From Halobacteriaceae archaeon (lineage in GTDB: Archaea; Halobacteriota; Halobacteria; Halobacteriales; Halobacteriaceae), in contig JBDGTS010000013.1 in NCBI GenBank assembly GCA_042216675.1, positions 1 through 16,109 of the forward strand: a DNA stretch of 16,109 nucleotides, read 5' to 3'. Positions 7,854-15,455 of the stretch are shown in pieces. Each line of letters begins with the position of its first letter. The stretch's first letter is position 1. A model generated the notes under the pieces. That model did no database searches, was not told the DNA's origin, and was given only the letters and a program-made list of their open reading frames with translations. A program made the position numbers and the translations under genes.

Positions 7854-8782
7854 AGACCGAAGCTCTCGGCCACCAGCGACTCGTGGGTTTCGCCGAACGC
7901 GTACGTCGGGCCGCCGAGGACGTCGATTGTCACCGCGGCCGGGCCGAACACGTCGGGCGCCACCTCGCCGAAGTCCCAGTCCGCCTCGGCGAACAGGTCC
8001 GCGAACGGGACGCCGTGCGTCTCCGCCGCCGTCGACGCCACCTCGTCGAAGGCGTCGAAGTCATCTTTCACCGTGAGGTGGGCGCGCCCGCCGTAAGCGA
8101 GGGCGTCGTTCGTGCGCGCGATGGCCTCGCCCTCGTCGGCGGCGACGGGCGCGACGGGCGCCGACGCGGACGCCGAGACGAGCGACTGCGGATCGTAGTC
8201 GAGTTCGAACAAGCGGAACGCGGCGGCCTCGGCGGCCCGCGCCGCCATCGCGACGCTCCCGACGACGCTGGCCGTCGGGAACGCGACGAGGTACACCTGT
8301 TCGGGTGCGACGCCGGCCCGTTCGGCCACCCGGTCGGCGACGCCCTCGTCGGGAAGCGTCTCGCTCTCGACGGCCAGCACCGCGAACTCGAAGGCGTCGG
8401 CGTAGTCGAGCGCCATGTACTCCGGTTCCTCGGCGACGAGTGCGCGGGCGGGGCCGCTCCCCAGTCCCTCGAAGTCGCCGACGGCGAGTTCCCACCCGGC
8501 CTTCTGGGCGCCGAGCAGTGCCAGTCCGGGGTGGTCCGTCGCGAGTTCGACGTGGGGAATCGTCGCGCCGCCCACCTCGTCCACGCGGGTCTGGACCGTC
8601 GCCAGCCCCGCCGTCTGGAGTTCCGCGAGGAGCAGTCCGGCCTCGATGCCGCCGTCGTGGTCGACGCCGAAGTCGAGGACGGTGGCGCCGTTGTCGAGTT
8701 CGAACGCCCCGACGTCGAGTTCGGCGGCGAAGTCGAGCGCCTCGTCCGCCAGTTCGAGGGCCATCCGGTTGAGGCTCTCCAT
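7850..8782 (-). CDS. mch: Methenyltetrahydromethanopterin cyclohydrolase homologue
   Basis: NGATVLDFGV..GGIEAG, ALLGAQKAGW, GLGSGPARAL, PTASVVGSV..AARAAE, RTNDALAYGG and FGPAAVTI are Mch-family motifs. GAAAC-CCTTTAC promoter at about 8817-8806 on the minus strand. Confidence 0.92.
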   Translation of the reverse strand: MESLNRMALELADEALDFAAELDVGAFELDNGATVLDFGVDHDGGIEAGLLLAELQTAGLATVQTRVDEVGGATIPHVELATDHPGLALLGAQKAGWELAVGDFEGLGSGPARALVAEEPEYMALDYADAFEFAVLAVESETLPDEGVADRVAERAGVAPEQVYLVAFPTASVVGSVAMAARAAEAAAFRLFELDYDPQSLVSASASAPVAPVAADEGEAIARTNDALAYGGRAHLTVKDDFDAFDEVASTAAETHGVPFADLFAEADWDFGEVAPDVFGPAAVTIDVLGGPTYAFGETHESLVAESFGL

Positions 8783-8817
8783 GCCAGCACCTGATGCGCC
8801 TCCGGGTAAAGGGTTTC

Positions 8818-10707
8818 TCAGTCGTCCACCCGCTCGGCCACCCTGTCGAGAAAGGCGTCGGGGAGGGCGTCGATTTCGCCGGCCTGCACCCGCCAGAGGT
8901 TCGCGTAGAGGCCGTCGGCGGCCAACAGTTCCTCGTGGCCGCCCTGCTCGACCACCTCGCCGTCGTCGAGGACGACGATGCGGTCCGCGTCGCGAACCGT
9001 CGAGAGGCGGTGGGCGACGACGAACGTGGTCCGGTTCTCGACGACGGAGGCGATGGAGCGCTGAATGAGGGCTTCAGTCTCGTTGTCGACGTGGCTCGTC
9101 GCCTCGTCGAGGACCAACACCGCGGGGTCTTTCAGGAGGGCGCGGGCGAGACAGACCCGCTGCCGCTGGCCGCCGGAGAGTTTTACGCCGCGTTCGCCGA
9201 TGGTGGTGTCGTAGCCGTCGGGCAGGTCCGTGACGAACTCGTGGGCGCCCGCGAGGCGCGCCGCCCGGCGCACGTCCTCGTCAGTCACGCCGTCCCGGCC
9301 GTACTGGACGTTCTCGCGGACGGTGCCCGAGAACAGGAACGGGTCCTGTGAGACGTAGCCGACGTGCTCCCGGAGGTCCGACGGCGCCACCTCGGCGACG
9401 TCCGTCCCGTCGACGCGCACGGCGCCGCTGTCGGGGTCGTAGAAGCGAAAGAGCAGTTTCACGAGCGTCGTCTTGCCCGCGCCCGTCGGACCCACGACGC
9501 CCACGAAGTCGCCCGCGTCGACGTCGAGGGAGACGCCATCGAGCGACGGTTCCTCGGCGCCGGGGTAGGTGAACGTCACGTCGTCGTAGGTGACCCGCCC
9601 CTCGACGCCGTCGAGCGGTTCGCCGTCGGCGTCCTCGGTGGCGTCGAGGTGACGCAGGCCGACGATGCGCCGCGCCGCCGCCCGCCCGTTCTGGTAGGCG
9701 TTGACGACGTTCGGGAGGAAGCGGAGGGGTCGCTCGAACTCGCTGACGTAACTGAAGAACGTGAACAGGGCGCCCGCCGTCAGCGCTCCCGAGAAGACGA
9801 GGGGCGCGCCCTCCAGAATCCAGTAGCCGCCGACGAGGACGAGGACGGCGGTGGCGAGGGCGGTGTACGTCTCCATCGTCGGGGTCACGCGGGCCTGCGC
9901 GCGGAGGAGGTCCCAGCGGGCGTCGTGGAACTCCTCGGACGCCGCCTCGACGCGTTCGGCCTCGCGGTCCTCCGTCGCGTAGGACTTGATGACCGAGATG
10001 CCGCCGATGCTGTTGTTGAGTCGGCTGTTCACCTTCCCCACCACCTCGCGCATCTGCTCGTGGCGGGGGCGGACCGTGCGGTTGAACACGAAACTGATGA
10101 CCGTCAGGCCGACGGGCAACAGGAGCATCAGCGTCGCCAACTGCCAGTGCAGGACGAGCAGATACAGGTAGACGACGGCGGCCATCACCACGGTGTCGAC
10201 GAGTTGCCGGACCGCGTTGACGGAGGCGCCGAGTTGCTGGACGTCGTCGTTGAGGACGCTCATGATTTCGCCCGTCTCGTTCTCGTCGAAGAACCCCATC
10301 TCCAGTCGCTGGACGGTGTCGTAGGTGTCCGTCCGCACGGCGTGCTGGAACCGCTGAACGAAGACGCCGAAGGCCCACGTCGAGGCCACGTCGAACAGCG
10401 CCATCAGGGGATAGGCGGCCGCCAACAGGCCGAACGTGAGGTACAACTGTCCGGTGTCGCCGGGCGGAATCCACGCGCCCGGCACCAACGGGAGCGCGTA
10501 ATTCCCGGTGTCCAGAAACACGGCGTCGATGGCGACGCCGAGGACGAACGCCGGGAGCATCCGGGGGATGCGACTGAGGACGTTGGCCGCGATGGCCACG
10601 GACAGGTACCCCGCGTGGGGGCGCCCGTAGCGCCGGAACAGCCGCCGCACCGGGTTCTCCGAGGGCTCAATCTCCCCCACGGACGGCGCTGTGTCTGGAG
10701 AAGACAT
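8818..10707 (-). CDS. ABC exporter, fused permease and ATP-binding domains (MsbA/MdlB-like half transporter)
   Basis: N-terminal multi-TM domain (FFDENETGEIMS), Walker A GPTGAGKTT, Q-loop VSQD, signature LSGGQRQR, Walker B VLVLDEATS and H-loop AHRLST. Confidence 0.95.
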   Translation of the reverse strand: MSSPDTAPSVGEIEPSENPVRRLFRRYGRPHAGYLSVAIAANVLSRIPRMLPAFVLGVAIDAVFLDTGNYALPLVPGAWIPPGDTGQLYLTFGLLAAAYPLMALFDVASTWAFGVFVQRFQHAVRTDTYDTVQRLEMGFFDENETGEIMSVLNDDVQQLGASVNAVRQLVDTVVMAAVVYLYLLVLHWQLATLMLLLPVGLTVISFVFNRTVRPRHEQMREVVGKVNSRLNNSIGGISVIKSYATEDREAERVEAASEEFHDARWDLLRAQARVTPTMETYTALATAVLVLVGGYWILEGAPLVFSGALTAGALFTFFSYVSEFERPLRFLPNVVNAYQNGRAAARRIVGLRHLDATEDADGEPLDGVEGRVTYDDVTFTYPGAEEPSLDGVSLDVDAGDFVGVVGPTGAGKTTLVKLLFRFYDPDSGAVRVDGTDVAEVAPSDLREHVGYVSQDPFLFSGTVRENVQYGRDGVTDEDVRRAARLAGAHEFVTDLPDGYDTTIGERGVKLSGGQRQRVCLARALLKDPAVLVLDEATSHVDNETEALIQRSIASVVENRTTFVVAHRLSTVRDADRIVVLDDGEVVEQGGHEELLAADGLYANLWRVQAGEIDALPDAFLDRVAERVDD

Positions 10708-10759
10708 GGAGTTCGGATGGCTACACCAATCAAATACTAAATCCTTTCAGAATGACTTG

Positions 10760-11077
10760 TCACCGCTCCCGGTCGCTCCGCGCCGGCCGTCCCAGTTCCT
10801 CCTCGACGGCCGCGACTTTCTCGGCGGCGCTCTCGGTGCTGGCCCGCTTGTCGTCTATCTTCAGGACCGTGCTGACCCTGTCGGCGTCGACAGCGGCGTG
10901 TGCCGCGCCCACGGCGTCGAGAAGCGTGTCCACGTCCTCGGCCTCGATGACGGTGCCCATCGGGTTCGTTTCATACGTCACGTCGAAGTCGTCGAGGGCG
11001 GCCACGGCGGCCGCGACGTCCTCGGCCATGCTCCCCTCCTTCACGGGCGCGACGCTCAGCAGTGCGACGACTGTCAT
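10760..11077 (-). CDS. MTH1187/YkoF-family (UPF0045) thiamine-binding protein
   Basis: MTVVALLSVAP..SMAEDVAAAVAAL..YETNPMGTVIE..RVSTVLKIDDKR..EKVAAV pattern, 105 aa. Confidence 0.88.
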   Translation of the reverse strand: MTVVALLSVAPVKEGSMAEDVAAAVAALDDFDVTYETNPMGTVIEAEDVDTLLDAVGAAHAAVDADRVSTVLKIDDKRASTESAAEKVAAVEEELGRPARSDRER

Positions 11078-11167
11078 GGCCGGGCGTACGGGCGCCGCGG
11101 CGAGAAGGTTTCGGCCGCGCGGACCGGTTGGAACGGACTTTTATTCGTCTCGGCCCGACCCGCCCCC

Positions 11168-11863
11168 ATGGAGTCCCCGTTCGACGTCCTCGGCGTCGAC
11201 CCGGACGCGGACGAGGCGGAGATAGAGCGTGCGTACCGCCGGCGGGTGAAGGAGGCCCACCCCGACCACGGCGGGTCGACGGCCGCATTCCGCGAGGTGC
11301 GGGCCGCCTACGAGCAGTTGACGAACGGGGAGTACGAGGCCCGGGAACGGGACTCCGGGCCGTCGCGGCCGACGGCCGACTCCGATCCCGACTCTGATTC
11401 CGACCCGGACCACGAATCCACGAACGCGCGAGCGACGCCCGTCGACGCCACCGTCGAGTACCTCAACTTCGACGTCCTCGACGACCACGGGTGGGCCGTC
11501 GGCGACCCGGACCTGTTCCGGAAGGCGGCCGCGGCGGACCTCGATTCGGTGGACTACGGCGAGTTCACTGTCCCGGCAGGCGAGACGGTTCTCGACGCCG
11601 CGGAGGCTACCGGCCAGACGTGGCCCTTCGCCTGTCGTGGCGGCGCCTGTGCGAACTGCGCGGTGGTCCTCACGCAGGGCGAGATGATGATGGCCGTCGA
11701 CCACATCCTCCCCGAGGAAATGCTGGACCGCGGCATCCGCCTCTCCTGTATCGGCAAGCCGACGACGCCGGAACTCCAGCTGCTGTACAACGTCAAGCAT
11801 CTCCCCGACTTGGACGACTTGCGACTGCCGCCCGGCCCATTCGAGGCGGTTCAGTCGGACTGA
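11168..11863 (+). CDS. J-domain / halo-type 2Fe-2S ferredoxin fusion protein
   Basis: J domain SPFDVLGVDPDA..AYRRRVKEAHPDHGG..AAYEQL, an acidic linker, then ferredoxin TVEYLNFDVLDDHGW..WPFACRGGACANCA..RLSCIG..YNVKHL (Cx4Cx2C..C). Start ATG 11168 has TTTTAT at 11139-11144. Confidence 0.92.
   Translation: MESPFDVLGVDPDADEAEIERAYRRRVKEAHPDHGGSTAAFREVRAAYEQLTNGEYEARERDSGPSRPTADSDPDSDSDPDHESTNARATPVDATVEYLNFDVLDDHGWAVGDPDLFRKAAAADLDSVDYGEFTVPAGETVLDAAEATGQTWPFACRGGACANCAVVLTQGEMMMAVDHILPEEMLDRGIRLSCIGKPTTPELQLLYNVKHLPDLDDLRLPPGPFEAVQSD
11378..11410 (+). repeat. Imperfect 6-bp tandem repeat encoding the DSDPDSDSDPD linker
   Basis: gactcc gatccc gactct gattcc gacccg gac, between the J domain and the ferredoxin. 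Confidence 0.6.
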
Positions 11864-11908
11864 GCGGCGGTCCCCGTCGTTTATGAGGTGGGCCGTCGTC
11901 CCGGCCCC

Positions 11909-12907
11909 ATGGAGTACACGACGTTCGGCAAGACGGGGTTGGAGGTGTCGCGGCTCTGTCTGGGCTGTGGCGGCCTGAGTTACAGCGACGAGTGGGAGTG
12001 GAGCGTCGGCGACAGGGAGCGGAGTCGAGCGATCGTCGAGGCGGCGCTGGACCGCGGCATCAACTTCATCGACACCGCGAACGTCTACTCGTACGGCGAG
12101 AGCGAGGAAATCGTCGGCGAGGCAATCGACGGCCGGCGCGACGAGGTGGTCATAGCGAGCAAAGTCGGCCAGCGACTCGGCGACGGCCCGAACCGAAACG
12201 GCCTCTCGAAGTCCCACATCATCGAGCAGTGCGAGCGGAGCCTCGACCGATTGGACACGGACCACCTCGACCTCTACTACGCGCACTGGTGGGACCCGGA
12301 CACCGACGTCGCGGAGACGCTCTCGGCGTTCGACTACCTCATCGAGGAGGGGATGGTCCGGTACGTCGGCGCGAGCAACCTCACGAGCTGGCAACTGATG
12401 GATGCGCTCCGCACGAGCGAGCGCCACGACTACGAGCGCTACGTCGCCGTTCAGCCGGAGTACAGCCTCGTCGCCCGCCATCAGGAACTCGACTTGCTCC
12501 CCGCCGCGGAGCGCGAGAACCTCGGCGTCGCCACGTATGCACCGCTCGCGGCCGGATTCCTCACGGGGGAGTACACCCGCGACAGCGACGCCGCGGCGCT
12601 GGAGTCGGGGTCCGAGGAGACGTACCGTGACCTCTCGGAGTACGCGACCGAAGCCAACTTCGACGTGGTGGACGCCGTTCGGGACATCGCCGACCGGGAA
12701 GGGGTCCACCCCGTCGCGGTCAGCGTCGCGTGGGTCCTGGAACAGGACGCTGTGGACGCACCCATCGTCGGCCCCCAGTCCATCGACCACCTCGACACGT
12801 ACTGCGACGCACTGACTGTGGACCTGTCGCCGGAGGACGTGGACCGCCTCGCCGAACCGGTCGAGGCGGCGTACACGCACGCCGACCTGCCGCGGACGGT
12901 GCGCTGA
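11909..12907 (+). CDS. Aldo/keto reductase (YajO/Tas-like)
   Basis: GLEVSRLCLG, catalytic tetrad in IDTANVYS (D, Y), IASK (K) and YAHW (H), plus GASN, QPEYSL and YAPLAAGFL. TATA TTTATG at 11880-11885. Confidence 0.93.
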   Translation: MEYTTFGKTGLEVSRLCLGCGGLSYSDEWEWSVGDRERSRAIVEAALDRGINFIDTANVYSYGESEEIVGEAIDGRRDEVVIASKVGQRLGDGPNRNGLSKSHIIEQCERSLDRLDTDHLDLYYAHWWDPDTDVAETLSAFDYLIEEGMVRYVGASNLTSWQLMDALRTSERHDYERYVAVQPEYSLVARHQELDLLPAAERENLGVATYAPLAAGFLTGEYTRDSDAAALESGSEETYRDLSEYATEANFDVVDAVRDIADREGVHPVAVSVAWVLEQDAVDAPIVGPQSIDHLDTYCDALTVDLSPEDVDRLAEPVEAAYTHADLPRTVR

Positions 12908-12965
12908 GCGTCCCGCGGGGTGCCGCAACCCTGACTGTTATACTCCGTGGACCTGCACCCCGACC

Positions 12966-14135
12966 ATGGAAATAACCGACGTTCGCGCGGTCGAAGCGCC
13001 GGATTTCGGCCCGCCGGATTACGACGAGAGCGACGTGCGCCGGGAGTCGTGGTGGGAGGACCTCCGCGTCGCGAACCCGATGACGCGCTACCCGCGCTAC
13101 GAGGACGTGCGCGCCGACTGGCTTCCGGACTTTCGGGACTTCGGCGTGGTCGTCGAAGCGGCGGACGGAACGCTGGGCTACGCGCCGGGGAAACACGGCG
13201 CGCCCGTCGCGGCCCTCGTCGACGACTACCTCGGCCAGCGCATTCAGGGCGAGGACGCGATGGCCACCGAGACGGTCCACGACATGCTCGAACGGCTCTG
13301 TGCCCCCTTCGGCGCGGGCGGCATCGCGTCCTACGCCGTGAGCGCCATCGACCTCGCACTCTGGGACCTGAAGGGGAAACTGCTCGACCGTCCGGTGTAC
13401 GAACTGCTGGGCGGCCCCGCGACGGACGCGCTGGACTGCTACGCGACGGGGAACGACACCGACTGGTACCTCGAACTGGGGTTCGACGCGAACAAACTGG
13501 CCTGCCCGTACGGCCCGGCGGACGGCAAGGAGGGGCTCCTCGCCAACGAGGAACTCGTCGCGGACCGCCGCGAGATGCTGGGCGACGCGGGGGAACTGAT
13601 GCTGGACTGCTGGATGGCCTTCGACGGGGAGTACACGGTTCGGCTGGCGAACCGCCTCCGCGAGTACGACCTCAAGTGGATGGAGGAGACGCTCTGGCCG
13701 AAGGACCTCGACTCTCACCGCCGCGTCCGCGACCGGGCCCCGTTCCAGACGCTCGCAACCGGGGAACACTGGTACACCGCCGCGCCGTTCCAGTACGCCG
13801 CCAACCACGACCTCGTGGACGTGTTCCAGCCGGACATCCACTGGGTCGGCGGCCTGACGACGGTCCAGAAGATCGCGTCCATCGCGGAGACGGCCGGGAA
13901 GTCGGTGGTCCTCCACTGCGGGGGGCACACCCCCTGCGGCCAGCACGCGAGTTACGGCCTACCGGGCATCCGCTGGACGGAGTACCCCGTCACCGCCCCG
14001 CCGGGCGTCGCGCTTGACGATGCGGAGACGCGGCCCGGGGTGGCCGTCCCCGAGGACGGCGAACTAGTGCCCAACGACGCGCCCGGCTTCGGCATCGAGT
14101 TCGACCCCGGACGGTTGGCGCCGTTCGACCACTGA
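12966..14135 (+). CDS. Mandelate-racemase-subgroup enolase, L-rhamnonate dehydratase (RhmD)-like
   Basis: VANPMTRYPRY, SAIDLALWDLKGK..PVYELLGG, YATG, K..PYGPADGKEGL, metal ligands LMLDCWM / WMEE / TGEH, QPD..WVGG and VLH. TATA TTATAC at 12938-12943. Substrate not established. Confidence 0.82.
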   Translation: MEITDVRAVEAPDFGPPDYDESDVRRESWWEDLRVANPMTRYPRYEDVRADWLPDFRDFGVVVEAADGTLGYAPGKHGAPVAALVDDYLGQRIQGEDAMATETVHDMLERLCAPFGAGGIASYAVSAIDLALWDLKGKLLDRPVYELLGGPATDALDCYATGNDTDWYLELGFDANKLACPYGPADGKEGLLANEELVADRREMLGDAGELMLDCWMAFDGEYTVRLANRLREYDLKWMEETLWPKDLDSHRRVRDRAPFQTLATGEHWYTAAPFQYAANHDLVDVFQPDIHWVGGLTTVQKIASIAETAGKSVVLHCGGHTPCGQHASYGLPGIRWTEYPVTAPPGVALDDAETRPGVAVPEDGELVPNDAPGFGIEFDPGRLAPFDH

Positions 14136-14142
14136 GGGATCG

Positions 14143-14349
14143 GGCGTTCGCTCGCCGTGTTGCGTTCGGCAGGCGCTGGCCGAGAGTCCTGTGAGTGACG
14201 CGAACGGAACGCCGGCCGGGACGCCACGACGCCCCGGCCGAGATTTGAACGCAGTCGCTCCCGTTCGTTCGCATGCTCGCTCACCTCTCGCTCCCTGCTC
14301 AAACCTCTCCCGCATTCACACGTACCCGCGGAGCCAAGCCTCCACGGGT
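14143..14349. repeat. Non-coding cluster of inverted repeats and degenerate tRNA-3'-end copies downstream of tRNA-Gly
   Basis: Stems at 14213-14240, 14240-14307 and 14324-14349. GCGCTGGCCG at 14173-14182 is identical to 14365-14374; GCCCCGGCCGAGATTTGAAC at 14231-14250 resembles GCGCTGGCCGGAATTTGAAT. Confidence 0.6.
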
Positions 14350-14363
14350 GAGGAGTAGAGAAG
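14350..14363 (-). terminator. Pyrimidine tract right after the tRNA (possible terminator or processing signal)
   Basis: The minus strand reads CTTCTCTACTCCTC immediately 3' of the discriminator base and is followed by a 10-bp hairpin. Confidence 0.4.
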
Positions 14364-14434
14364 TGCGCTGGCCGGAATTTGAATCCGGGTTGCGACCATG
14401 GCAAGGTCGCGTGATACCACTACACTACCAGCGC
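14364..14434 (-). tRNA. tRNA-Gly (anticodon GCC), 71 nt, no intron, CCA not encoded
   Basis: Minus strand GCGCTGG TA GTGTAGTGGTATCAC G CGACC TT-GCC-AT GGTCG CAAC CCGGA TTCAAAT TCCGG CCAGCGC A; acceptor, anticodon and T stems all pair. Confidence 0.97.
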
Positions 14435-14464
14435 CCGTTGCATTTCATCATGGCCGCGAGACGG

Positions 14465-14470
14465 ACATAA
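14465..14470 (-). promoter_or_regulatory. TATA box of tRNA-Gly
   Basis: Minus strand GAACCC-TTATGT about 31-36 nt upstream of the mature 5' end. Confidence 0.55.
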
Positions 14471-14570
14471 GGGTTCCGAAAGCGACTCGGAACCGCGCCA
14501 CGGGAGCGACCCCCACACTCCCGCGAACGGGCGTGTGACGGCCTCACAGCCGCGTGGAATAACGCCATAC

Positions 14571-14576
14571 TTTTAA
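14571..14576 (+). promoter_or_regulatory. TATA box of the SPOUT-rpl3 (S10-like) operon
   Basis: TTTTAA preceded by the AT-richer GGAATAACGCCATAC; implies a leader of roughly 33 nt before ATG 14633. Confidence 0.65.
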
Positions 14577-14632
14577 GGAATCCCCCGGTACGTTGCCTAC
14601 AGTCTCGTGACGGAGCGCGAACGCGACACGGC

Positions 14633-15451
14633 ATGACGGACAGCATACTCGTGCCGTCGTCCCTCGTCCGGGAGGCCACCGACAAACGGGAGGCCACCCG
14701 GAAGCTCGGCTACGTCGCCCGCGCGGCGACGGTGTTCCGGGCTGACCGCCTCATCGTCTTCCCCGACCGGGAGGGCGAGGGGCGTTGGGGCGGCGGGTTC
14801 GTCGAGACCGTGCTTCAGTACGCCACGACGCCCCCGTACCTCCGAAAGGAGGCGTTCGGGACGCGTGACGAACTGGAGTATGCCGGCGTCCTGCCGCCGC
14901 TTCGCGTTCCGTCATGGACCGGCTCCGAGTCCGACGATTCGGGGTCGTTGCGAGAGGGAATCGTGACCCAGGTCGGACCTGAAGGGCGCGTACGGGTCAA
15001 TTGCGGACTGCAACACCCGATCTCACTCCGTCTTCCCGACGACGTGTCGGTGACGGAAGGGGAGCGCGTATCCGTCAGGGTATCTTCGCGAAGACCGGTC
15101 CGGGCGAAGCTCGTGGACGCCCCCACAGCGGGGCCCCACGTCGCTCGCATGGACCTCGCGGACGCTCTCGACGCCGAGGGCTATCGCGTCGCCACGTCTC
15201 GCCACGGGGCGCCGCTGACCGTCGATCGACTCGCGGACACGACCGACCGAGCGCGCGACGGACTCACCGTCGCGTTCGGTGCCCCCATGCGGGGGTTGCC
15301 CGAGATGCTCGGCGTGTCGCCGCCGCTCGATCCGGCTGACCCACCCGAGGGGTTCGACGTCTGGCTCAACACGATTCCGAACCAAGGCAGCGAGGTGGTG
15401 CGAACCGAAGAGGCGATGTTCGCCACCCTCGCCTGCCTCAACCTCAGGTGA
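14633..15451 (+). CDS. SPOUT-class RNA methyltransferase (DUF171 / C9orf114-like)
   Basis: LVPSSL..KLGYVARAATVFRADR, LQYATTPPYLRK, AGVLPPL, REG, VAFGAP..GL and WLNTIPNQGSEVVRTEEA; located directly upstream of rpl3, as is usual in archaea. Confidence 0.9.
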   Translation: MTDSILVPSSLVREATDKREATRKLGYVARAATVFRADRLIVFPDREGEGRWGGGFVETVLQYATTPPYLRKEAFGTRDELEYAGVLPPLRVPSWTGSESDDSGSLREGIVTQVGPEGRVRVNCGLQHPISLRLPDDVSVTEGERVSVRVSSRRPVRAKLVDAPTAGPHVARMDLADALDAEGYRVATSRHGAPLTVDRLADTTDRARDGLTVAFGAPMRGLPEMLGVSPPLDPADPPEGFDVWLNTIPNQGSEVVRTEEAMFATLACLNLR

Positions 15452-15455
15452 TACG

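Noticed and set aside
11117-11134. GCGCGGACCGGTTGGAAC as a possible distal att copy of the tRNA-Gly 3' end
   Set aside because: The similarity needs several gaps and mismatches, lies in a promoter region, and no integrase is present; consistent with chance.
10691-11167. 159-residue N-terminal extension of the J-Fer ORF in the track
   Set aside because: It overlaps the MTH1187 gene on the opposite strand; the TATA box and J-domain boundary point to ATG 11168.
14231-14310. Second tRNA or CRISPR repeat
   Set aside because: Only a T-arm/acceptor-like half is present, with no D or anticodon arm and no regular repeat-spacer periodicity.
13952-14697. Short ORFs across the tRNA and intergenic region (13952-14404, 14273-14470, 14425-14697)
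   Set aside because: They overlap the tRNA and promoters, are basic in composition, and show no recognisable motifs.
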